Source of the DNA: Neoechinorhynchus agilis
Lineage: Eukaryota; Animalia; Acanthocephala
DNA: 64,000 bases
NCBI GenBank assembly: GCA_051530055.1
Contig: CM121343.1
Location: 5,364,389-5,428,388 of the forward strand
Reading direction: 5' to 3'
The first letter of the stretch is position 1. Each line of letters opens with the position of its first letter. The notes below the pieces were generated by a model. It was not told the DNA's origin, made no database searches, and saw only the letters and a list, made by a program, of their open reading frames with translations. This document shows positions 1-11,416 of this stretch, piece after piece. Both the position numbers and the translations under genes were made by a program.

Positions 1-1215
1 ACTGCTTTAAATAGATGCTCAATGGCGCCGATAAAGGTTACGTGGACAGAAATGATTTTGTGAGGACATTTTGTGAGGTCGGTCGATGTCTAAATTCAAC
101 GAAACCTTAATAGAGTAATCACCTAGAATGAACAGGTGATCATAGCACTGCAAAATCAAGTTGTTATGTGAAAATCAATTACAAACTACTTCTTACATCA
201 AAATCAGAAACCAATTCCTCGGGCGAAATGACAGTCGATTTTTTGTATCACAAATCATTGTGCTTCAATTTATTTAAAACTGTACAATTGATTATGTACA
301 TCATTGATGAATAAATTGTCAGTAGATAATATCGACGAATGTACAAAGAAGCTTTTTTAAAGATTGATTATTAAGCGGATACTTAAGTTGCGTACAAATA
401 AGACTTATCAATTGGCGTCCTAACCATTTTACAAGTCTTGCCTAATTTATACGCGATTTTAGGTCAAGATTCAATAGGTACCTAAGGCTAAATCATAGCT
501 GGAGAATCTGTAATGCACACTATTGACTTAAGCGATCTTTTGAAAATGCCATGGAAATAAATTTACAACACAGAACATATTTCTTACTGGTGAAGTTTTA
601 TTAAAAAACTAACTTCTTAGCTAACCACTTTATAAACCATGTATGGAAATCGAAGGTCAGTTTTCTAACTCATGGAGAATCGCTATTTAAATTTTGGATT
701 TAAACTTCACAATCAAAGGAAATAAGTTTCTCTAAACGTCTAAATGCTTTGAGGATTCGGCGCTAATCCTAAAATAATGTGAGGATCCAGGAAATTTCTC
801 TTTCACTGCACAGTATCGTCCATCTCAATGAATAAGAATTTAGGTTAAACTTGGAGTTCATTCAATTGATTTTGAGCAATCGAAACTCACCACGGTGCGC
901 GCGCGGTCGCATAAAATCGCAAACAAATCGCGGATGACGGTTTAATGTTTAAGTTGCGATTATGTTCACTTTAGAACATATTTCTACCGAATAGAGCAAA
1001 ATTATCAAAGAGTTTAGGGATAAAGCGAAGGATTTTGGTGGCCAACAGCGGGATGATATTCCATAGCAGGTTCTTGGTACAACGCTTTTCACCATAGAGA
1101 AGGAGAGTAAACAAATAATGTCATATGCTTTATTTGTTGAAATGAAATATCCTTCTCGGGTTCTGACTTGTTAAATGAATGCGGTTGTTGATCTTGAAGT
1201 AGATTACGGATTCGG

Positions 1216-1258
1216 TCGGGTGAGAATATCCGGTCGTGGGATGTCCGCTCTGGTGGGA
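1216..1258 (-). repeat. Single orphan unit of the 57.4-58.55 kb minisatellite, in inverted orientation
   Basis: tcgggtgagaatatccggtcgtgggatgtccgctctggtggga matches the reverse complement of the array unit (ccacccgaacggacatcccccgaccggatattcccacccga) with a few substitutions. Confidence 0.75.
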
Positions 1259-1423
1259 TTTGGCGATTATCGTTTGCAGGAGAGCTTGCGAGGTTGGTCT
1301 TTCCTCAGGTTCATTTCACGTCATGATATCCGAGAAGATTGGACAGCATGGAAAAAGCAGCAGAGGTAGAGGGAGGAGCGAGGTATAGGAGGATGAAATG
1401 AATTGGGATTACGAGTGCTGTGT

Positions 1424-2188
1424 TCATTTGAAAAGGGAAATAAAATGTGGTAAAAACTGCCGTGGTGGTGGTGATGATGATGAGGTTGATGGCCGTTTTG
1501 ATTGTTGGATGAAAATTTTATAATGGCATTTGGTGAGCGGGGAAATCAACTGTGCAAATTTTAGAAGCTCGTTATGAAACGTTTCAAGGCAACGGATTTG
1601 TGATTGGGAAAGGTTGCAAAATACGGAATAGCCGTAGGTGAGGGAGGGTAAAATAAAGCTGAAGTAAAATTTGTAGAGATCGGAAGAAGGGAATCCTAAA
1701 TGTCGGAGGCGTTTGAAAATATAAATTTTAACGGTATTGCGCTCGATGGGGAGTTTGCTGAGCGAGTCCCATTTCAAGTTTGATTGAAATTAGAGACCCA
1801 AAATTCTGAGGGTGGCGACTTGTTGGATGTCATTCAGAAGCTCAGGGGATGATGTGGGGTTGCGGGAGAATAAAGGGAGCATTTTGAAGCATTTAGAGAA
1901 ATTCAGGTGGGGTTTGCGATCGTTGCAGAAATAATTTATGTGTGTGATTTCGTTAGCGGTTAAGGAGAGGGAGTTGAGTGATAAGGCTGAGATCGTCGGC
2001 ATATAAGAAAAGTTTAAAGTGAGAGAGGAAAAGGTAATAGTGACAAGACGGCGTTTTGAGGTACGCCTTTGGTGAGGGATAGGGTGATCGAGAAGGTAGC
2101 CCGGCACCGAATGTACTGTTGGCGACTGTGAAAATAAGAGGCAGGCCAGCGGATCTCCTACGCATTTAGATCGAAATGAAAACAACAA
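1424..2188 (-). mobile_element. 5'-truncated, frameshifted non-LTR retrotransposon RT fragment (CR1/L2/Jockey-group-like)
   Basis: Motifs KLFLYADDLSL, LNFSKC, LRILGL and FKRLRHLGF...YFSFILPSLTYG are spread over several frames. Confidence 0.75.
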
Positions 2189-2426
2189 AAATACGAGCTA
2201 CTTTGCAGTACAAAAATTTCCGGCCGTTCTTTAGCGCAAAATTACTCATAAAAAATCGACCTAATTGAATATGATTGCCCATTAGAAAGCTTTCTTTGCC
2301 TCAGAAAAATAAGACCGAAACATTTGCAAATACTGAAAAGCACGAGACAGTTTTCAGATTCGGTATCTGGATTGTCGGGAGCAGATGGAGCAAGGAAAGG
2401 TAGGGAGATATGGGTGATATTCTGGT

Positions 2427-2760
2427 TTAGTCCCCGTTGATGCCGGCTCGCGCTTTCATCATTCTACATAGCTTTTCTTGGAACAGGAGGACTCCAGTTT
2501 TTGATCGTACATTCCAGTAATCCCTGCTTTCCGAGAAATTTTCCAGATTTCCTGGCTGTATGTTGCGCGTCTTCAGGTTCCCAGTGGCCACCTCCCCATT
2601 GAAGATGATCCTTGGGAGACGCTGATGAGGCATCTTAGTAATGTACCCCGCCCATCTCAGAGATCGACGAAGAACCATCAATTCGATTCTGGATGCTGTG
2701 GTTCGGGATGCATAATGCACCAGTTTCGGTATCCTACGGAACGTGGCTGCCAATGTTAAA
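2427..2760 (-). mobile_element. RTE/BovB-like LINE C-terminal fragment
   Basis: LRWAGYITKMPHQRLPRIIFNGE...NIQPGNLENFSESRDYW resembles the RTE C-terminal consensus (LRWAGHV.RM...RLPK..FYGEL). Confidence 0.7.
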
Positions 2761-2790
2761 TGGCACAACGATGCTTGCAATTCATATGAT

Positions 2791-3022
2791 TGTAAAGATA
2801 TTCTCCATTATAGTTTGTTTCAATAGCGAAGATTGTATCAATTAAATTTATTATATGAAAATTTTCGGCCTTCTCGTTGGCCTTCAGTCACTTGTTAAAG
2901 TGTTTTATTACATTTAAGTGGGAATAAAACACTTTAACAAGTGACTGAAGAAGGCCAACGAAAAGGCCGAAAATTTTCATATAATAAATTTAATTGATAC
3001 AATCTTCGCTATTGGAACAAAA
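2791..3022. mobile_element. Palindromic element 1 with a minimal hammerhead motif (Penelope pLTR-like), flanked by a 12-bp direct repeat
   Basis: Arms of ~95 bp at 2814-2909 and 2923-3021 are near-perfectly inverted. The right arm reads GTGA-CTGAAGA-A-GGCC-aacgaaaa-GGCC-GAAA-ATTT-TCAT (2941-2980). AATTCATATGAT occurs at 2779-2790 and 3023-3034. Confidence 0.75.
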
Positions 3023-3453
3023 AATTCATATGATACCGAATCGTTTCTTTTTTTATTGAGGTTCCTATTATCATAAAGTGATCAAAAGTCGCTGGAGAGG
3101 GTTTTGTGATCAAACCATCACTTCGGTTTTACGGCTTACGAATTCAAAACGTTACTTACCTGAACTCAGGAATTTGCTTGATGCATGGTAGTTTTGAAAA
3201 TGAACCACGAGTTTGCTTTAGCCTAGCAAAGCTACCACATCGTCTCTTTTAAACTCAGCGGTCATCTGCAATGGGGAAAATGGAAGAAGTGAACATAAAT
3301 CGAACTATATTTTCATTTAATCGCTCGTAAAACACAAATATGCATGTGTATTATTTTTGATGACGAGAAAAAGAGTAATGGTGGAAGTATGATCGGAAAG
3401 TGATCGATCACAAAAGGCACTGTCTCTTTCCGGATATTTTTATCTTCAACATA

Positions 3454-6281
3454 CTATGAAGAACTATTATTCGACAACCTGCAGCGTGTTGCAAGGTCCC
3501 TGAGGAGTGTCCTCACGTGAAGATGGGATAGCACATAAGATGAAGCTTGCGTATATCCTGGACCAACTTTAACACTATAACATGCTTCATTTTCGATGTC
3601 AGTTGGTAAAACTTTAAAGGTTTCCTCGTCGCTGGGACTGTTGCCGACAGCTAAAATGAAGTTCCACGAATGTAAATTTAACCAAGGCTGAACACTTCTG
3701 CCCTTTTGAAATCCGCTTTCTTTGATATCAATAACTTTGGAACTTTCAAAAACTTGTAACTTCGTATGTGCAGTCATTTCCATTAGCAGATCTTTAAATT
3801 CTCGAGTTCTTTGACTTCCTAGCTCAGGATCAACATTTCTGAAGTGCCACGCTACGGAGTTCTCTTTTTCTTCAATAACTGACCCTGGAGTTCTGTCAAC
3901 AACGTCTTGTACTAGACGAACAACTTCCGATTTCCAATCACTTGTTACATCAAATATTCTTTTTCAAACTTACTCAGAAAAGTACTTAAACGAAACTCAT
4001 TGAGCAAGTCGAAAAAACCAAACTTTAAATTCACTAAATTCAACACAACAATAATCAACAACGAGTTAAAACAATTCAAAAAGTTAGTAGCCGAAATAGA
4101 ATAAATGACTCAGGTGAAATTGTTTTTGCCACTCCTGTTTCAACCGAAGCCAAATCCCATGTTCAGCCACCATATCAAGATCCGAACAGTTGTCGAACCA
4201 CTCCATCAGAGTCTTTCTATCCCGCCCTGTATTTAAAACTACAACGGTCTTTGAATCCCCGGATAATCGTTTAAGAATGGATATGAGTTCGAGGTCAGGT
4301 TTCGCCTGTATGGGATCGTTAGTGAACGGGATAAGAGTTCCGTCGTATGATAAAATAATCAAACGAGTATTCGCTTCCTGGAAATCGTCTAAGAGTTTCA
4401 AATGTTTTTCACCGATTAGGAGTGGAACATTTCCGCACCGATTTTGATCAGCAGTATCAACTAGGCGATGAACAAAATCTATGGCCCAAGTAACGTTTTC
4501 CTTGCCATCAGCATTGTTTTCATTTGATTTTGTTGTTTTAGATATTTGATCGTTCATTTCAATCAATCTTTGCTCCTGTTCCTCGACAGGCATTTGGAGC
4601 GCTCGTTTCAATACCTTTATGCATTCATCTTCGTTAGTGGAATCGACTCGAACACAACCTTGAAGATGATGACAACTAGCACTGATCTCACTAATTACGA
4701 GTATGCCGGTCTTGAGGTTCAACCTAGTTGATACGTATTCCATAGAAAACATATTGACACTAGTCAGTAAGGTTGGAATAAAAGCAATGTCGGATTGGGC
4801 GTAAATGTATCGCCGCTCAGATTTACTCATAGCTCTGTGCATCAAAATGACTGGCTTCCATGTAAGTGTAGCCAACTGACCATTTAGACGGCCAACTTGC
4901 TTACAAATATTATCGATAATGTTCTCATCAAGCTCATCTACCTGAACGCTATCCGGAGGTGGAGTAGGAGGCCGTGGAATCCCATAGTATGTTTCACTGT
5001 TGTTACTACTAATCGTAGTGAACCGATCGGCACAAGGGGTTAATACCTCAGCATCGGATGTGGAATTTGGCTCATTTTCTTCGCTGGCTTCATCTATCAG
5101 AAGGTAGATTAATGTAATCTTGCCATGCAAATCTGGATTCTTTTCTAGCAAAGTTTTAAAAAGATAAATTGTACTGGACAGACATCGATTGCGAGAAGTA
5201 TCATTTACCGCAACCATATATTTTACTTTTGAGTCCGGCAAATCCGGATCCTGAGAATGCCCGCTACGACCGACAAGGAGCCACTCACTAACAGTTGATG
5301 CTAAGCTGCTCACATCACCATAAGCCGACCTAAAGAAATCCACATCCACGCAAGGATTGAATGCGTCAACTCGAAGTTCGTGATTGTCGAGCATTATTCT
5401 GCCAAGGTCATTATCCTTTCCAAGCAAATGGTAAACAGTAGTAAGGAAATTCCGAACCCAATGGTGAGTATAGAGGCCTATCAAATCACAACTTAGAAGA
5501 CCATTCAGTAAGTCATTTCGCCAAGGCAGAAGACGATAAACTTCCTGATCCGGAAATGCACAGTGGAGGAAAAATCCAATTGGCGATGTACATCCTTCAT
5601 CTCCACCAAAAGCTTCTCGGAGCATTGAAGGTAGCAACATCAGTTCATAGTCATTGACAAAAAATATATCGCTTGGTCGAGTGAATGCTCTTATGTTTTC
5701 GCAAAAGGTTTTATTCATTTGGCGATAAGAGTCCCATTCGAGCTCTTCTACATATTGAACGTTGTGAGGAAGATAGTGAAACAATGGCCATATTGTACGA
5801 CGAGCATACTCGTAGCAACCATGCTCAAGTTCATCAGCACTCAGAAACACGGGAATCATGTTCTTTTTACCCAATTCACTGAAAACTATTGCTTGTTCCG
5901 GGGAATGATGAGTAACCGGGCAGTTCAGGGAATCGAGTCCAGGCACCAGGAGACCGGGCCATCCAAACCACAGAATGTCGAACTGAGCGCGTTGAAGGGC
6001 GTTGAACAAGTCGGATATAAGCTCATGGGCCGGATCAAGCCTGGGGCTGACTGTACACTTGGGTGTTAAATCACCAGCAGCCGATCCTTTTTCCAACTTC
6101 ACATTTACAGGCAACGAAAATGTCACAATGACCACACGTCTTCTAATTGACGTTGAGGAAAAGCTTCGACGTCCTGGGTCGTTACCTAGGGAGGATTGGC
6201 TCGTCTTTGAATCCTAAAAACGAAAAAAGGGATGGTCAATCAATGCGCACTTACCTGCTGGGGGTTCCTGTCGAAAACCAT
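3454..6281 (-). CDS. Fused trehalose-6-phosphate synthase/phosphatase-like protein (GT20 + HAD) with degenerate catalytic motifs; 3 exons inferred
   Basis: Motifs WFGWPG, IWPLFHY, IGFFLH.AFP, DLIG, YDGTL, TGR, AEHG, DRTPGSVIEEKE..VAWH, YSVKVG. A 41-nt GT-AG intron follows MVFDRNPQQ; a second intron lies at ~3959-4130. Confidence 0.9.
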
Positions 6282-6571
6282 TCTTCTTAACTCCGCAACG
6301 CGTTCTAGTGTCTTAAAAAGTAAAAGTTCGTTAATATTGTGCACCAATGACTTTGCCTTCTTTAAAGAAAAGATTAAAAGCCGCCTTGGGGACAAAATCT
6401 CTTCAGGGTATTTATTAACTAGAATATCAATGAATGTATTTTTGAAATAAAGCGGTCTTAATTGAAGCAAAAGTCGATTCTGAGATGATAAGTAGGAAGC
6501 GATGACTTCAATTGTTTCGCAAGTTAACTTGCTTGATAAAAAGGCGTACAATATTGTGTGCATCTCCGAAA

Positions 6572-6625
6572 CCAATCGGCAATTTAAAAATAAAATCATT
6601 TTAATTTCTTCACCATATAAAACAA
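6572..6625 (+). repeat. ~55-85 bp dispersed repeat, copy A (copy B at ~8790-8845)
   Basis: ccaatcggcaatttaaaaataaaatcattttaatttcttcaccatataaaacaa vs ccaatcggcagttttaaaataaaatcattttagtttgttcaccatataaaacaa. Confidence 0.8.
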
Positions 6626-6649
6626 CCACTTAAATTTCCTGTGGGTTTT

Positions 6650-7050
6650 TTTAGAATGCGGCGTCGGTGGAAATTATCCATCGCCGGTGGTCTTGGGGAT
6701 ATATGCTCCGTCTGCAGTGATGGAATAAAGGTTTCTCCGAAACTAATTTTTTAAGCATTCTTATGAGTGGCTCAGTCCATACACGGCCGATCCCGGCTCC
6801 TCGGAAGGTATCTGAGAATCCGGAGGGATTCTCACAAACTAATAACTGTACGGTCTTGGGCATTGAGCGCCTTCCCAGACCGAAATCGATTCGGCCGTGT
6901 ATGGAAAATCTTAAACAAATCTATAAAAAGAATTCTCTAAGATTTGACTTTAGCTCCAAAAGGCCATCATTACATGGAGAGCACAGAAGTGTAAACATTC
7001 ATGTTTACTTGTTTGAATCTCCAGGAAGTTTCGGATTGAACGCGAAAACT
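6650..7050 (+). repeat. Degenerate dispersed repeat / unclassified element, paralogous to ~40990-41670
   Basis: Shared block acggtc(t/a)tgggcattgagcgc..tcccagaccgaaatc at ~6850-6890 and ~41307-41345, with weaker flanking similarity. Confidence 0.6.
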
Positions 7051-7314
7051 AACCATATTATCGGTCAACATCTTAAGACAATATCGATATTTCTCTGAAA
7101 TAATCTGCAAATGAAGAAGTTGTTAGACACGCACTGTGATACGGACGACCACAGTTACAATGTGGCGGAAAGATGAAATCGATGGACAAAGACAAGGGAT
7201 GATGGCGGCACGCCGTAGAATATCCAAGCGTCATCACCGAGGTCGTCAGTCAAAATCGAACGCGCTGCTCTGATGAGAAAAGCGACTCTGCGCGCACTGC
7301 AAAGTCTCGTCGCG

Positions 7315-7330
7315 AATATGACGTCATATT
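7315..7330. promoter_or_regulatory. 16-bp perfect palindrome containing a CRE/ATF site (AATA-TGACGTCA-TATT), ~1 kb upstream of the TPS-like gene
   Basis: Sequence motif only; function not shown. Confidence 0.25.
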
Positions 7331-8450
7331 GCGCGTTTCGGTTTATTACGAGCGCGGATTTGTTGCCCGGAAGAAACCTACAGTGAGTTTTTGATCAAAT
7401 AAGGAGCTGTAAACAAGTTGTTTGTGCTCTTTGGTACGACGGACGAAATATTGAGATCAATATCGATTTTTACCAAAGAACACAAGGGCAGCAATGATTC
7501 AAGCTTAAGAGTGACGAATTTGTGCTCGCTTTTGCGTATTAGATGTGCGTGTCGAAACGGTGTGATTTCGAAAGCCGTTTGACTTTGAGAACCTGTTATG
7601 TATGAGCCAATTTCTACGTTAGAAGAGGATGTTTATGCAGTTGCGTCATCAAGTTGAGAGTCATTATTTACCGCTTTAAACAAATAAATCATAATATTTT
7701 TATGTTAAGACGCAATTACGCATTTTATAGGGTTTATTTTGCCAAAACCTGATTTAACTCGATTAGAGAAAATAAATATCCGGACGCTTGCTCACACATT
7801 AGCCAAAACCTGAGTTAATCGTCGATTACAGTCGGTGTTTGTCGAGTTGGGGCGATAAAGTTTGTGTTTTGACAGCGCAAATATAACCATCAGGCTGATT
7901 GTGATCATGAAGCCTTGAATGTAATCCGTTATCGAACTTTCTTCGGGTTACTAATCGCCATTTTCGCTTCTACTGCGAAAAGAATTGTGGTTAACAAAAA
8001 TATTTCTTAGCACCCGAAGGATTTTCTCTACATGATTAAATAATATTTACATAGCTGGAAATCTCGAATTGATACCCAATCCTTTTTGCCTTATTCGTTC
8101 ATGAATTCTAAAAACAGTTTCCTAATGGCATTTTTATCCAAATAAAAGGCCTCTTAATCTGTAATAATTTCTTTAACATTGCACTCGGATTATATTTATT
8201 AACTTACATCATCAGATACGCTATAATTGATCAATCGATCGATAGTCCAGTTGGACGTATCTACAGTGCAACCTTGTCAAACATGAACGAATCGTAAAAT
8301 AGTGTTTTTGTGTGTGTGTGCGTACAACGTATACAGCCGCGCAACCGTGATGCCGACGATGAATACGAGAACAACAATTAGCGTTCGTCGTCCGTTGCGC
8401 GGTCCCGCGCATAAAGTTTAATGATTTGTATTATTATCTTCGGGGAAAAG

Positions 8451-8675
8451 ATACTTTCTTTTGGTAATTTTGCCATCCCGGGGGGATTAAGTTCACTAAT
8501 CTATATTTAACCGATATTTCGCCTCTCGGATAATTAGTTTCCTTTCATTTAGTTCCAAACAATGGCAAACCTCAGGGGGGAATGTCAGAATTATCCGAGA
8601 GTTGAAATATCGGTTAAATATAGATTAGTGGAGTTAAATTCCCGAGGGGTGACAAAACTAAGAAAAAGAAAATAT
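8451..8675. mobile_element. MITE-like element with long terminal inverted repeats
   Basis: Core arms 8494-8535 and 8589-8630 are 40/42 complementary, and weaker complementarity extends to ~85 bp. No coding capacity. Confidence 0.75.
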
Positions 8676-11416
8676 TTAGTTTGGTCATGCGTTTTCATTT
8701 CAGATTGTCAGATGTGATTAGGCGAAGAAATTAAAATGATTTTTAAACCACGTATTGTTTTGTGCGAGGCACACAATCTTGTACCTCTCCCAATCGGCAG
8801 TTTTAAAATAAAATCATTTTAGTTTGTTCACCATATAAAACAATCAATATAAACAATTCAATCTTCAAACATTCTCATAATTGAAGGTTCGTATTGAGAA
8901 TTAGGTATTTCTCTGAATTTCTAGCTGAGTCTAATTTTGGATTTGATGGAAAATGAGAATTAAAGCATTAAGGGGACAAGACTTAACAAAGAATCTAATG
9001 AATTTAATAAGAAGAAAGCGGTTAAATCTACTTCATCACTACTGGCTACAAAGTATAAGTGAACAGTGCAAACGCAATTTGAGTCTAGTGAATGCAACAT
9101 AAATTTTAACTCAACGGTATTATTAGTAACTCGGGCAGAGTTTAAGTATTTGTAAAAAACAACCAATATAAACAGTTCAATCTCCATAAAAACAATCAGA
9201 GCCACCTTCGCAACCCTCAATCGATTTTGAACACGTGACGATACGAGCGTCCAAAGCGGCCGATTAGCTTCGATTTTGGTGTCCATGACAGCTTATAGTA
9301 CATTTACACGATTATCTGTGGCGCGAACTGCATATAAGTAAGCTTGTGGCAGCCGATTTAAACGAATTCGTAAAAATCAAATCGACACCCAAGGTTTTGC
9401 GCCAAACATTAATTTAGTTTGCAAAATGGTGTGTAAAGTTTTTGTAGATCTACGTTTTTGTTGAAACCTCAGTTGCCACATTTGGCGAAGCCTAAAAAAC
9501 TTCAATGGTTATTTCGTTTGATTATGTTGAATGAGATCAACAGGTTTCTTGAAAATTTAGATTTGATTGTTTGAAACCATAAACGAACGATGAAATTTCT
9601 CACCTTAATTAGGTTTTCCCATTCAGAAAGACGGTAAACCGAATAATGATTTATTAGGTACAATTCTCTGGACTAGATTTTTCCCTTTTTGGATCTCATA
9701 AGTTCGGCAAAAATATTTTCATGGTCGCAGACGTGGATTCCTTTTAATTTCCATTCAGACAATGCCGTATTTTAAGACGCCCAAACGTTTCCATCTTGCT
9801 AAAACAATGTAAACTTCGCCGCCTGTGGCTTTAAATTGGATACTTGAAGCGTCCCTACTGTCTAAGTCACCACCGAGACGCATTCCTAGAAAACCACGTT
9901 AAAGGCAGCTTACTGTCTTTCACTCTTGCTCGGACAGCGAAGTGATACAAACAAGCTCAAAGTGTAGACGCGGCAACCGATGTGAAAGTCGAGAAGAGTC
10001 TACATTGGACGTATGATATTCTTCGTCTTTGGAATGACTTTGTCACTATCTTAAGAAGGCATTTTTGATTCCTGAGGAGTCCCATTCTTTGCTCTATTAA
10101 CACATCAGATGTCATTCGATTGTCGTAATACTTTGTGATAGATATATGATTTTCTCTGATTATACGGGAAGCGTGTTTGTAAGCAGCAGGCTTCCGCTCA
10201 GATGATATATATTCCCAAGGAAATGCGATCTACACAATTCCCATGATAATTGGATAACCATATCTTGGAAATTGGAAAGAGAGCTTCTAATTGCTAATGC
10301 AATTAAGGTTAATTTAAAAAGTATCAGGTTTTCGCGCACCGTTCATGCGTAATCTAAGCTTAAGGACAAAAATGAGCAATCGATTAACGTCGTAATTCAT
10401 GCGGTAAGTGTGCAGATTATTGTTATGATTAGTAGTATGCACACCGGTACAATGTATTAATCATACTTCTCTTAGATATGCATGAAAGTAACTTTCTGTG
10501 TATTTTGATGGATCATAAAGATACGTCTGTTAATATTCACATTCTTGAGAAGGATTACGTACAAAAATTTAAGTTATTTTTAACAAAAAAAAGGATTATA
10601 TTCGGGGAAAAAGTGAATTTAAATCCGAGACGGCAAATTTAATAAAACAAACTATCCGTCTAGTGCCAACATTGACTTTCTTGGTCCATGAACCTCCAAA
10701 AAAGGTATATTTGAAAGGCAGAGAATTGTAAAGTTTGATTACGTTTTTACTTAATGTGTTCTCGGGGTGACGGGTACCGATAAGCTAGTAGACTCGTCTT
10801 GGATAGTCATGACAGTCGACCTTGTCAAGCTGGGACATTAAAGTGGTTTTACTACATAGACGTGTATATATGGTTCATGGGCATTTTTCGGTTAGTTCTC
10901 TCTCTCCCTCGATGTAACTTCATATCGCCGAACGACTACACATTTTTCGATAACGGTCAGTGTCGCTAATTGGTTGTGCAAGAGTTCCTTTTCGTTGTTG
11001 CATTCGCATTCTAAACTGTCCTGAAATGGATGTTGTAATAACTAGAGGAACTTGTTGGTCTCATTGTGGTTTTCTGTCACACCATGTCGCCTTAGTCCCC
11101 GTATCTCTTCACTTTTTTTGGATGTAGCATGGTAGTGGAGGTAGTATACTACTAGTTAGTACTAGTACTACACTATTCTACGACGCTCTATGACTGTATT
11201 TGACGAGTGTGTCGGTCGTGATAGTGGGTTAGATTCATCATTTAGAGGTGGTGGTGGTGGTGGTGGTAGTTTAGTTCCGCTGTCGTTAATCAACCTTCAA
11301 TCAAAGCGCATCTACTCCGTCCCTTGTTTCTAAGTAATATTCGTAGATACTACTTTGGTCATTCACAAAACGAACAGAAAAAATTAAACCAGCCAACAAA
11401 TACAACAAAAAACGAA

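Noticed and set aside
1-1100. Possible terminal exons of a gene entering the window (e.g. GESVMHTIDLSDLLKMPWK*)
   Set aside because: No recognisable homology and no consistent exon chain.
7270-7320. CTGATGA hammerhead core
   Set aside because: No GAAA at the base of a closing stem II, and no stems I or III.
8960-9286. 108-codon ORF with a hydrophobic stretch
   Set aside because: No recognisable domain or splice partners; AT-rich sequence yields such ORFs by chance.
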